Part shown: piece after piece, positions 39,568-51,117 of the stretch
How positions within the stretch are numbered: position 1 is the stretch's first letter
How the letters are laid out: every line of letters begins with the position of its first letter
Assembly (NCBI RefSeq): GCF_006345805.1
Contig: NW_021833665.1
Coordinates: 1-64,000, forward strand
Source of the DNA: Octopus sinensis
Taxonomy: Eukaryota
Reading direction: 5' to 3'
DNA: 64,000 bases
Notes under the pieces: model-generated
The model's database searches: none
What the model saw: the letters and a program-made list of their open reading frames with translations, nothing else
What the model was told of the DNA's origin: nothing
Made by a program: the position numbers and the translations under genes

Positions 39568-40868
39568 CTGGAATATAAAGTAATTAATACAACTCTCTTT
39601 AATTAACAAAGAAAAAAAAAACAAGAAAGTAATGTGTTCAGATTTCAAATAATCTCTTTAAGAATGAATGTATTTTTATTGTTATAATGTAATATTCTTG
39701 GATAGGTTCTGCAGGAATGGGAAGTTGTGATATTCACACCTTTTCTTTATTCTATCAATATGAGCAAAAATGAATCAACAAGAGGCTATTTATTTGGTTG
39801 TTCAACTACTAGAAATAACCAAATCTCCCTAAAATGGGATACATTGGATAATGTAATATTAAATATACAAAGCATGATGGACATATCTGAAACTTGTTTA
39901 ATTATAGGCCTACTTCATTAGGGCTGACCTGGGGTCAAACAACATTATGAAGGAAGAACTCATTACATAATGTAGTCTTAGATGTAATATGTCTGAATAA
40001 AATATAATATGATCACTGCTGGAAGTCTTTGATCATAGGTCTGCTATATCAAAGTAATCATGGGGCTAAACTACAACATAAGTGGCATGAAATAACTTTG
40101 AAATAGGAACAATAATTAACTCTTTAATCTATTCTAAGTGCTTCAGTTATGAAGTGCAGGGTGAGAACTTGTGGGTTAATGCTTTTCCTTTTAGTGGCAA
40201 CATCAAGCTAGAAAGCATATTACAGAGTGAATGAGGGAGCCTTTCTATCATCACTTAACTTGTAAGTAATAGCAACCATACTTCCTTCAAATTTGTCCAA
40301 GTGAACTGCATATGAAAAGACTGGATGATCACAACTGGCATGTCTTTGATAGATCTGCTTGACCAGGACTAACCTGGGGTTAAACAACCAGCACCACATC
40401 AAAAAAATGCTTTAACAGAAATCTATATATTACACTGTTATTTATGGCAGTCAACACAATTTTCTTTGAAAGTAAATGTTTTTTTTTATTCTTTTAAACT
40501 TTCAAATCAATCTCCCCCCTACTTCAGTCTTGGACTCATCTGTTGTCTTGGAAACCTTTCCTACTTGTTCTTTTATTATTAATAATCCACATCACTTTTA
40601 ATCATGTCATTTGTATCACAGTCTCTCATCTTGCTTTTCATCCACTAAAGTATCTTCCTTGGCTATGGGGGAAGGGGAAGGGAAGGTTTTATCCTGTTCT
40701 CTTTGAAACGGCATATTTAATAAAGAACAAATTTTCAATGTATTTGTGAATTCTGCAAAATTGCGCTGCAAGGTGTTGCTACTGAAATCTTTTCATATTG
40801 CAGCAAGATGCAAAACCAATTTCATTTTTTTTCCTTCTCCATAATTGGTTTAGGAATGTTTGCCAATT

Positions 40869-40990
40869 TCAAACACTAAGTCTTTGACAAAAAATTTCAG
40901 CTAACTGCGCCATTCTAATTGCATTTTTCTGCAAAAGAGCTTGCAGAGGTGTTGATACAGGAGTGGGAAGGGTAGATGGTGTTATTGATA
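40869..40990 (-). CDS. Candidate exon (SITPSTLPTPVSTPLQALLQKNAIRMAQLAEIFCQRLSV*)
   Basis: Acceptor CACTTTACTGTTGTCTCCAG|, phase 1. S/T/P-rich then helix-like composition, stop TGA at 40871-40869. No homology recognised. Confidence 0.3.
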
Positions 40991-42084
40991 CTGGAGACAA
41001 CAGTAAAGTGAATAGAATTTAAAAAAAATTTTATTTGCAGGATTGTCTTTATTTCATTATTTGTGCTTGTATTTATTTTTTGTTTTATTTCAATGTTTCT
41101 CTATGAATGAATATGTACACTGTCTTACAGGGCCCTATGGTGATAAGGAAATGCTTGACTGATGTAATTTGGTATTAAGACTGAAGGTTATAATAGGTAT
41201 TAGGTGGTTGGTTTGGTATTAAGACTGAAATTTATATTGGGTATTAGATGGTTGGCAATTGTTGTTCAGCTCCAGGTCAGCTCTAAAAATGTTCCAACTG
41301 TGACTATCTTGTCTGACTTTTTGTGGCTACATTATCTAATGTGTTCCTTCTGCTTTATAGTTTTATTATATGCTCCAGGTTAGCATATCTATGATGAAGT
41401 GTACTCCACTTAAGTCTGTTATTCTATATTGATACATTGTGGTATTTAGGACTAAATTATCTAATATATTCTTCCTTACTGTTTTTTTTTAGTCCCAGGT
41501 CAGCCCTTGTATATTTGTGTATGTGTTTGTATGTATAAACAGTGGAAACCACTTATAATCATTGAGTGTCCTCTGTTTGTAATTGTTATAAAAATCAGCA
41601 GGTTGTTTAATGCTGCCAGCTGGTTATTCTGAAAAAATAAAGTAGGAGGGTGGCTTCCTCACAAAGTGATCAAACTATACAGCTTCTATTCATATGTGTG
41701 TTGCTTGGAGTAACTAAATATGTCTTCAATATGTCTACTTCAGTAATTTGCTTAGCCAAGTAAAATGATGACATGTGGTAATAGAAAATAGAGTAGGTAA
41801 TCCAGTAAGTTCAAATTTATTACAGTTCACTAATGTTATCAATGTAGAACACCAAAACTGTTCTCAAGATAGAAATGGCAAGCACATTTTATTAATACCA
41901 CTCATTTACTGCACATACTCATATTAAGAATAGGATGGAGAACAACATATAGCATTACTCCAGTTATTACAGCTTTGTGAGTGATGAATTTCCTGTGACA
42001 TTCTGTGGCTCCTTCATAGTAGTGCTGTATTACTAATAATGATGTTCTGAGGCTTAGCATGATTTTACAGTGTTGGAAATATGG

Positions 42085-42610
42085 GAGGTGAATATAGATC
42101 TTTGTGTGTGATAGATATTGGTCTCCATAGGATGGATATGGTGGACCTGCAGGTGATGAATATTGTAGATTTATGGGGGATGGACATTGGTCTGTGTGTG
42201 ATGGATATCGATTTGTGTATGATGGATGTGGTGAATTTGTGGGTGATGGATAGAGGTCAGTTTGTGAGTGATGGATGAGATATTGGTCTGCATGTGATGG
42301 ATGGTGTATTGGCCTACGTGTGATGGATAGGATATTGGTCTGCGGGTGAGGGATGGATATTGGTCTGTGAGTGAAGGGTGAGGTATTGGTCTGTACATGA
42401 TGGACAGGATATCAGTCTGCAAGCGATGGACATTGGTCTGTGAGTGATGGACAGGTTATCAGCCTGTGAGTGATGGGCAGGTTATTGGCCTGTGAGTGAC
42501 GGGTGGGTTGCCGGCCTGCGGGTGATGGGCAGGTTGTCGGCCTGCGGGTGATGGACGGGTTGCCGGCCTGCGGGTGATGGGCAGGTTGTCGGCCTGCGAA
42601 TGATGGATGG
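42085..42610. repeat. Degenerate 21-26 bp minisatellite, homogenised 26-bp GC-rich units at the right end
   Basis: GTGATGGGCAGGTTGTCGGCCTGCGG units; the GTGATGG marker recurs at 42522, 42548 and 42574. Confidence 0.85.
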
Positions 42611-42741
42611 ATATTTATCTATCTGATCTTATCAACACTGATAATGCAGCAACACAGTTGTAGCTTTTGGAAGAAAGAAAACATGTTTGATACAAAAGGT
42701 GAGTGAGTGCTGTAATAGCATAGCATAGTTGTGGGTATGTT

Positions 42742-42906
42742 ACTTCAGTGGTATATGCAGGTGACTAAGTGCAGCAATGATGAATCAGGGAGGTAGGTGG
42801 ATAATACTGCAGTGATATATGCAGGTGACTAAGTGCAGCTGCAATGTAGCAGGGAAGTGGGTGAATGATACTGAAGTGGTATATGCAGGTGATTAGGTGC
42901 AGTAAT
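42742..42906. repeat. 64-bp minisatellite, about 2.5 copies
   Basis: TATATGCAGGTGA at 42752, 42816 and 42880. Confidence 0.85.
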
Positions 42907-43419
42907 GACATAATAAAGAATATAGTCTTTGCACAGTTAGAAACTATGTGTCTGTCTATATACAACACATAATACTGTCCTCACCTCCACTGTGAAATAT
43001 AAATATCTCAATTTACTTAGCTGCCAAATCTTCTGAGATAGGGGAAGTGTTGTTTTGAGGGGATTGTTTCCTATCCACAGGATAGGTTACTAGTTATTTC
43101 ATCAGTAGTTTTAGCTGATAAATACAATAAATCCCTAACTATATCCCTACTTATGTGACCCCTCAAGACTTGACAGCCTTTCTATTTATTAATACAATAC
43201 AATCATTAGAATAAGGCAACTGCTGCTTGTGATAATGTATCACATGGTTAGATGTATGCATATGTTCTTCCATTGTTTTCTATTGGTTTTAGGCATTGGA
43301 CTGCAGCTGTGTTAGGGCAAAACCTTTAGTTTGTTTGACCTACTGAAGGTTAGTTTCTGCTTTTAATATGAAAGAATAGAACACCAGTGTACACTCTTAA
43401 ATGTGTGTGTGTGTGTGTG

Positions 43420-43990
43420 TGTATCCGACTGCTCTACGAAATCGCTCAAAAAATAAACAAATCACGTTATTGAATTCTCGTAGCTTTGAAATAATGTGAG
43501 ATGAAGCCTTTCCCGCCTTTATTCAAGTATAAATACTGTGAAATTCTTTAGACCACATGGTTTTTTTTCAATGTTTGAAAATGCGACAGTAGTAAATAAT
43601 AGATAAAAATATACATCTTATTTTGTATTGAGTACGAAAATGCGGCATAGTGTTAATTACGTTGATATATGTCTAATACGAAACAACGCGTCTACAATTA
43701 AGACAGCAATGATTAGCGGATTACACAGCGAATATAAATATAGTTTCAATAAAGTTGAATGAAAACTCACTTAAATATTTTTTGCTGCTTTTATTCTCTG
43801 TTAAATCTTGAATACGCAAGTAATATGACGTTGAAATCGGAATGCAGAATTGAACCGCCATCTTAATTGAAGCGCCATCTTTGAATATTCAGTTTCTGGA
43901 AGAAATCTCTTTTTTACTCGAAGGTAAATGAATTAATTTTTGATTTTTTTCGTTTTACTAGCGATTTTTCGATATATATGTATGTATGTA
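43420..43990. promoter_or_regulatory. CpG-rich probable bidirectional promoter / first-exon region
   Basis: Local CpG enrichment without a recognisable repeat. Two YY1-type (C/G)CGCCATCTT motifs at about 43855-43864 and 43872-43881. Plus-strand donor GAAG|GTAAAT at 43924 and minus-strand donor |GTGAGT at 43770-43765. Confidence 0.55.
43771..43861 (-). CDS. Candidate first exon of the minus-strand gene (MAVQFCIPISTSYYLRIQDLTENKSSKKYL, phase 1); could be a uORF or UTR
   Basis: AAGATGGCGG start context, open frame to the GTGAGT donor. Confidence 0.3.
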
Positions 43991-44277
43991 CGTCCGTGGT
44001 TTCTTTTCAATGTAGTTGACCAGGTATTCTTTGAACCTAGAATCTTTTCCTTTTGAACGGCACTTTGTAACATAATTTCTAGGTAACTAAAAAGTTTTAA
44101 ACTTCGTATATTGGTAGAATGTGTTTATAAAACATCATTTTTTCTTGGCTTTATTGAGAAAATACGGCACTGTCAGAAGTGAAAGTACGTCAACTTCGTG
44201 TATTTACGTCAGGTTTATACCTTCGTTAATTTACGCCGTTTATTTACGTACCACCACGCTGTTAGGTTTATAAAACC

Positions 44278-44527
44278 TTGGATATGCAAATTTCACGAAG
44301 CGGAGATAGACACAACTGTCTTCACACAACCCACTTCAGATTACTCCACTAAACACAATACTCTAATAAATAGAAACTCTGAACAATGTCAACAACTTCC
44401 ATGAACTCCCAATGACTCTCTTTGTCTCAACCAATATGCTAATTTTTTTATAAGAGTTTTGCTAGTCCATTCTTCCAATCCCATAGGGGTGCCAATGACT
44501 CTCACCACAACAGTTTATACATGTAGA
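44278..44527. repeat. 250-bp dispersed duplicate, copy 1
   Basis: Matches 58559-58808 with 2 mismatches by eye. Confidence 0.95.
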
Positions 44528-46425
44528 CTTTTCTTATTTCTTTATTACCCATTACCGGGCCAACATAGAGTGTACAAAACAATCACGAATGATTAAAACA
44601 ATAATATGCGTTTGTGGGGTCGATTAAAATTGAATGATGAATTAGAGTACGTATTATTAAACAAATTACATGGACAAATTTACAAAATGTAGTGGGGCGG
44701 GTCTACGGACCCCTCACTCCCCGCCACGACACTTAACCTTATGTTTTCTTTCCTTTTTACGACCTATCTCTTATTTGTGAGGGACCTTTTACTCACCACA
44801 TTTTTCCACCTTTCATCAAATACTTTCTTGCTCAGGCTCCTCCTCTCTAGTTCTATATGTCTTTTCAGGTGGAATTTAAAATATTCCACCAGACCTGAAC
44901 CAGAGATGAAGTCGCCTGTTATCATCCCTTTCATCCTTGTCTTCCATACTGCCTGTTTCGCAGTTGAAACCACAGAGAGAAAACAATTCTTACCTTCTTT
45001 CGTTAAGAAATCTGGTGGGCTGATTTTTACAATGGATTCGGCTGATAGCTGTACTCTTCCTTCACCTGACATCAGTTGTTCGGCACAAACCCACGTATCT
45101 GCCACCTCCGGACACTGCACGATCACGTGCGAGACGGTTTCCCTGTCTTGCCCACACCTCGCACAGGTCGGGCTGACTTGGCCACCGTGCCTTGCAAGTT
45201 TGTCCCGGACATGTAAGGCTCCTCGGTAACACTGCCAAGCCAAAGACTTCTGGAAATTACCCAGGGTCCTCGGCCCGAATGTTCGTTGGAACAGACTGGC
45301 CAGCTGATCATCATCGAAACCTAGGGTTTCCCCTAGCGTATCATCGTTACCGGCCTCTACAAACCCTCTATAAAACACAGCGGTAGAACCACTGCTGCAG
45401 GCATTGCCCGAGCGACGGAATAATCGGAGTGCCTTGCGACACTCCGTATACCACGTACCCAACTTCGATCTGCGATTATACCAGTCTTCCCGTCCACCGA
45501 AACTGGTGAACCTGGGGAACATCTGTTTCTCCAGCGGAGACCACACCCGCTCACCATCCAGATGGAGCCACAGGTGCCTTAGCCTCAGCGCATTTCTACG
45601 CATCATTAGCCACGGCATCCCTAGTCCACCCTTTAACGGTTTTTGGCAACAAACAGAGCGTCTCACAAGTGGTTTCGAGCCCTTCCACAAGAAGCGAAAG
45701 AGCTGTCTCTCCAACTTGCTCAACCACGAATCTGGGCAAGGCATGATGGCAAGGTGGTAGGTGATCACCGATGCGATAAACACATTGGCTACCTCCGCCC
45801 TACCTTTCAAGGATAACCACTGCCAAGACCAAGTCTTGGCTACTGCAGCCACCTTGTTCGATACCTCGCTCCAGTCCTTCTCTATTTGGAGGTCTGGACC
45901 AAACCAAACCCCGAGCAACTTAATCGGGCCCTCCGTCCAACGTCCCACGACGCTGTCTGGAGGCATCGACTTGCCTCTCCAGGTGCCGAGTTGCAAGCCG
46001 ACCGACTTTTCACGATTAACTTTAGCTCCTGTCACTGTCTCGTAAACCTCTATGGCCTTGCCTACTTTACGTAGGTAGTCCACTTCGGTCACGATGATAG
46101 TGATGTCATCCACATATGCCAAAACCGACATTTCGCGTCCTGGTTGCCTCGGGATGCTGCTCAGTTTTCGCAGCAGCGGCTCAAGAGCCACTACATACAA
46201 AAGCGGGGAGAGCGGACATCCCTGACAGACCGAGCGTTTGACCTTGAACTGCTTAGAAAGAAAGCCGTTCACCCGAACTACCGAGTCGACGTTGTCGTAC
46301 ATTTCTATGATCCACCTGAGGAAGCCAAGACCCAGGCCGAACTGAGCCAGAACGGACACTAGGTAGTGATGGTCGACCCTATCGAAAGCTTTTGGCTGGT
46401 CTAAATGGACCACTGCCCCTCCCTT
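44528..46425 (-). mobile_element. 5'-truncated Tx1/L1-clade LINE, uninterrupted ORF2 C-terminal half
   Basis: ORF 44764-46524 with HLDQPKAFDRVDH, QGCPLSPLLY, AYVDDI and C-terminal CARC...H...C motif. The 3' UTR ends in AATAAA plus an A-rich tail at about 44550-44528. The first roughly 33 codons of the listed ORF are unrelated SINE sequence. Confidence 0.93.
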
Positions 46426-46571
46426 ATATATTTGTCTGTGTGTCTGCTTAGTGGTTTTGCAAAACGCACTGATAGAAATAAGAACTAGGCTTACAAGGAA
46501 TAAGTACTGGGTCAAATTGTTCAACTAAACGTGGTGCTCCAGCATGGCTGCAGTCAAATGACTGAAACAAG

Positions 46572-46572
<1 letters not shown>
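46426..46572 (+). mobile_element. SINE 3' portion (tail shared with the CR1-clade LINE)
   Basis: TAGGCTTACAAGGAATAAGTACTGGGTC...GGTGCTCCAGCATGGCTGCAGTCAAATGACTGAAACAAGTA followed by (TA)n. Confidence 0.75.
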
Positions 46573-46601
<29 letters not shown>

Positions 46602-46604
<3 letters not shown>

Positions 46605-47463
46605 AAAAGTAAAAAAATACACAAACTGGGACAAGAACGTGAAACATTTAGAAGACGACACAAAAAACACGGACGGGACTTTCGAAGCTCTCAGTCATCA
46701 GTCAAGAACCGGATCATCTTCGCAATTTCAGCTGATTAATCTTGAGATTGCTCCGATCTGGGCAGCCCCCAAGGGAAATCTAAGCCAAGCGCATTAGATT
46801 CCTTAGAGGAAAGCCTCGAAAGTATACAACACAGGGACGGAAAACGGACGATGTACACGAATAAAAATACAAAATACGTAAAAACAATAATGATAGCACG
46901 AATAAGAATACAAAATACGTAAAAACAATAATGATAGCACGAATAAGAATACAAAATACGTAAAAACAATAATAACAAAACCAGGACGTCAGGACAAGCG
47001 TCTTTTCGACAGGACGAGTTAAGTTTAGTTTAAGGCTGGCTAAAGAAAAGTGCCTTAAGGCAACGGAGCACAAACAAATACGTGTTGTCACACTGACTAC
47101 TGGATGCGAAAAGGCAGTAGTCGCTGGCTGGTCACGTGAGCACAAAAGAGAGGAGAAAGGGACAAATGAAGAGAGAAACAAGGGAGGAGAAGAAAGAGAG
47201 GGAAAGAAAGGTGGGAGAGGGGGCACGGAGGAAGAGAGAAAGAAAGAAGGGGAACAAGGGGGAGAAGAAAGAGAGGGAAAGAGACAGATCAAGGGGAGTG
47301 AAAAGGGTGAAGGCAGAGAAATGTAGGAGAGGGGGGGGGAAAGAGACAGTGTAGTAGAGTCGTACCAATGTTAGAGAGTAATATACTTACGTATAGGGTC
47401 AAAAAGTGGGTACGTAGCCGCCATGTATATATGTAAAAGTAAAAAAATACACAAACTGGGACA
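46602..47463 (-). mobile_element. Probable Penelope-like non-autonomous remnant with 32-bp terminal direct repeats, internal 41-bp x3 repeat and purine-rich tract
   Basis: TGTAAAAGTAAAAAAATACACAAACTGGGACA at 46602 and 47432; 41-bp units at 46857, 46898 and 46939. The family assignment is by architecture only. Confidence 0.45.
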
Positions 47464-47527
47464 TATATATAAATATATACATGCATATATTTGTATATAT
47501 ATATATATGCAAATATGTGTGTATATA

Positions 47528-49985
47528 TCATCATCATCGTTTAATGTCCGCTTTCCATGCTAGCATGGGTTGGACGATTTGACTGAGGGCTGGCGAACCA
47601 GATGGTTGCACCAGGCTTCAATCTTGATCTAGCAGAGTTTCTACAGCTGGATGCTCTTCCTAATGCCAACCACTCCGAGAGTGTAGTAGGTGCTTTTACG
47701 TGCCAGTCAGGCGGTACTGGCAATGACTTTGCTTGAATCTTTTACACATGCTACCAGCACAGGTGCCAGTAAGGCGATGCTGTTAATGATCATGCTCGAA
47801 TGGTGTCTTTTACATGCCACCGGCATGGAGGCCAGATAGATGCTCTGGCACTGATCACACTCAGATGGTGCTCTTAACACCCTGCTACTTGGGGCTCGAG
47901 TGCCAGTGAGGCGATGCTGGTAACGATCATGCTCGAATGGTGCATTTTATGTGTCACTGGCTTGGAAGGTGGTTAGCCACTCTGTCAACAATCACACTCG
48001 TATGGTGCTCTCTGCACCCCGTTAGCATGGACGCCAGTCATCGAATTTGATTTCGAATTCACTTGCCTCAACAGGTTTTCGCAAGCAGAGTTTAGTGTCC
48101 AAAGAAGGAAAAGGTACGCATAAGTGGGCTGGTTATGCCCCTGGCCTAGCCCACGAGATTATGCTCTCATATGGCTTCCCGAGTCTTCTCACACACAGCA
48201 TATTTCCAAAAGTTTTGGTCACTAGTCATTGCTTCGGTAAAGCCTAAAGTCCGAAGGTCGTGCTTCATCACTTTATCCCAGGTCTACCTCTTCCACAGGT
48301 TCCCTCAGCCACTAGGGTGTGGAACTTTTTCATACAGCTATCCTCATCCATTCTCGCCACATGACCATACCAGCGCAGTTGTCTCTCTTGCACACCACAG
48401 CTGATGCTTCTTAGGTCCAACTATTTTCTCAAGGTACTTACGCTCTGTCGAGTATGCACATTGACATTACACATCCATCAGATCATACTGGCTTCATTCC
48501 TCGCAAGCTTACGCATGTCCTCAGCAGTCACGGCCCATGTTTCACTGCCATGTAGCATGGCTGTTCATACACATGCGTCATACAGTTTACCTTCTACTCT
48601 GAGCGAGAGGCCCTTTATCACCAGCAGAGGTAAGAGCTCTCTGAACTTTGCCCAAGCTATTCTTATTCTAGCAGCTACACTTTCAGCGCACCCACCTCCG
48701 CTACTGACTTGGTCCCCTAGGTAATGGAAGTTATCGACTACTTCTAGTTTTTCTTCCTGGAATGAGGCAGAAGTTGGTCTCTGCGCATTTTCAGTGTTTA
48801 TTGCTCCTGAGCATCTGCCACATACAAAAACTATCTTCCCAGTTAGCCTTCCTTTGATATTACTGCACCTCTTATGTGTCCATAGCTTACACTGGGTACA
48901 TCTTATAGAGTTTCTACCTACGCCTTTTCTACAGACCAAGCAGGGCCATCTACCTGAAGGGATTTGTGGTTTGCCTGACTTCGTACTTATTATGACTTTG
49001 GTTTTAGTTACGTTGACTCTAAGGCCCTTCGATTCTAATCCTTCTTTCCACACTTGAAACTTCTCCTCTAGTTCTGATAGTGACTTAGCAATTAGAGCAA
49101 GGTCATCAGCATAGAGGAGCTCCCAGGGGCATCCTGTCTTGAATTCCTCCGTTAATTGCCTGGAGGACTACGATAAATAGGGTGGGGCTGAGGACTGAAC
49201 CCTGGTGGACCCCTACCTCTACCCTGAATTCTTCAGTGTACTTGTTGCCTCATTTTGCTGACAGCATCCGTGTACATGGCTTGCACATCTCTCACTAACC
49301 ATTCATCTATCCTTAGTTTCCTCAATGACCACCAGATAAGGGATAAGGGAACCCTGTGAAAGGCTTTTTCCATGTCAACGAAAGCCAGGTACAGGGGTTT
49401 ATCGTTGGCTAGGCATTTCTCCTGCAGCTGTCTTACCAGGAATATAGCATCAGTGGTGCTTTTCCCTGGCACGAAACCAAGCTGCATCTCATCCAAACTG
49501 ACTCTCTCCATGACCTTCATTACCTGATCCAACAGCTTGATACCTCTGTAATTATTTGTATCTAAAGCGTCACCTTTACCTTTGTAGCAGTCGACTATTA
49601 TGCTGCTACACCAGTCATTGGGTATGACTCCTTCGTGCATCACCTGGTTAACTATACGGGTGACTAGGCTATAGGCGACACTGCCAGATATTTTGAGCAT
49701 CTCTGCAGTGATTCCTGATGGGCTGGGGGCTTTCCCTGTCTTCATACTCTTAATTGCTTTATTTACCAAGGTACTGTCAACTCGGATAGCTGGTCTCTCT
49801 GTTGGGTTGACATTCAGCAGACTCTTTCTCGTATTCATTTTCTTTGTTCAGCAACCTTTCATAGTGGCGTCTTCAAACCACTCTCTTTGTAGCCTCATTT
49901 AGCGCAAGTGAGGCATCATCCATGCGAACACATTTCTCTCCTACAACATCACAATTCTCTCTCACACACTGTCTTGCAACATGAA
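47528..49985 (-). mobile_element. Degraded RTE-clade LINE (same family as 37099-39076)
   Basis: ORFs 49233-49838 (NYRGIKLLDQVMKV, FVPGKSTTDAIF) and 48565-49053; DVVGEKCVRMDD at about 49930; (CAT)n tail at 47528. Confidence 0.93.
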
Positions 49986-50154
49986 ATATACACATACAAA
50001 TATGTATATATATACATAAATACATGTATATACACACACATGCATTGGTTTTTATATATATATATATTTCTGTATATCTATATATATGCAAATATGTGTG
50101 TGTATGTATATATATATAACTATATATATTTCTGTATATCTATATATATGCAAA

Positions 50155-50217
<63 letters not shown>

Positions 50218-50263
50218 ATATAAACATGTATATATATACACATACTATATGTGTGTGTATGTG

Positions 50264-50297
<34 letters not shown>

Positions 50298-50400
50298 ATA
50301 TGAAAATATAGGTGTGTGTGTATGTATATATGTATATGTATATAAAAATATAGGTGTGTGTAGATATATATATGTATATGCAAATATATGTGTATATGTG
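49986..50400. repeat. (TA)n/(TG)n microsatellite mosaic
   Basis: Direct inspection. Confidence 0.93.
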
Positions 50401-51117
50401 TATGTTTTTACGGTTTGAATTTCTATTAACAACCACCTGCATGATTAGCAATAAAATAATTCGTTATTTTTTTTGGTGGCTGGGTGTCAGAAAATTTGAA
50501 CTGGTCTTCTGGGTTTAACTTTTAGATTAGTCATGCATTGCTAAAGAGGAGGGTAATTTAGATAAATTTTATAAACGCAGTATGGTAGGTATAGGGCTCA
50601 CATGAATTTCTTTTCGAATGAAAAATACTTTAATTCTACTACACTTGCCTCTTATTACATGGTTTAAAGAGTAATAAGAAAAGATATTCTCTGGAATGGT
50701 CTGTTATTTCGAGGGACCCTTACTTCAGAGTAAATATAAATAAGTATAAGCTATGTGTCAAGGAATCCCTTCCATTCTTAAGTTTTTTGGGCCCAAAACT
50801 TTAAATTTGCTGAGGTGATCCCTTTCTGCAACGATAGGTTTTCATCTACTCTTTGAAAGTATATAGAAATAAAAATGGCTGTAATAAAATTGTATAGGCT
50901 TACGGGAATTTGAAACCAGTGCATTTGAATTTCTATTAACAACAACCACTTGCATTAAGTAATGAAATATGTTGTTTTTCTTTTGTGGGTGTTAGAAAAT
51001 TTGAATAACGTTGTCAATGCGAGTTGTGCATTGTTGTACTTTGGATACTGTTATATTTTTGAGATTTGTTAATTGTTGTTAATGTTGTTTCTTTTTCTTC
51101 CCCATTTTTGGGTGAAA

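Noticed and set aside
40570-40790. 58-codon minus-strand open frame (KDFSSNTLQRNF...DERL*)
   Set aside because: No start codon, only a weak acceptor and no recognisable homology; within chance expectation.
44284-44520. Octamer plus TCACC as an snRNA-type DSE/PSE promoter, or a TG...CA solo LTR reading of the 250-bp cassette
   Set aside because: No snRNA sequence follows either copy. No target-site duplication flanks the TG...CA interval, and identity extends past it.
44741-46362. Plus-strand ORFs overlapping the Tx1 element; likewise 37401-38889, 48404-49057 and 63169-63637
   Set aside because: Antisense or alternative-frame shadows of transposon coding sequence.
46670-46715. Minus-strand CTGATGA...CGAAA hammerhead-like core
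   Set aside because: No valid helix II closing pair, and no matching helix I/III partner could be built, unlike at 57493-57543.
46780-47368. 170-aa and neighbouring S/P/F/L- or E/K/R-rich ORFs
   Set aside because: They derive from the purine-rich tract and the 41-bp tandem repeat.
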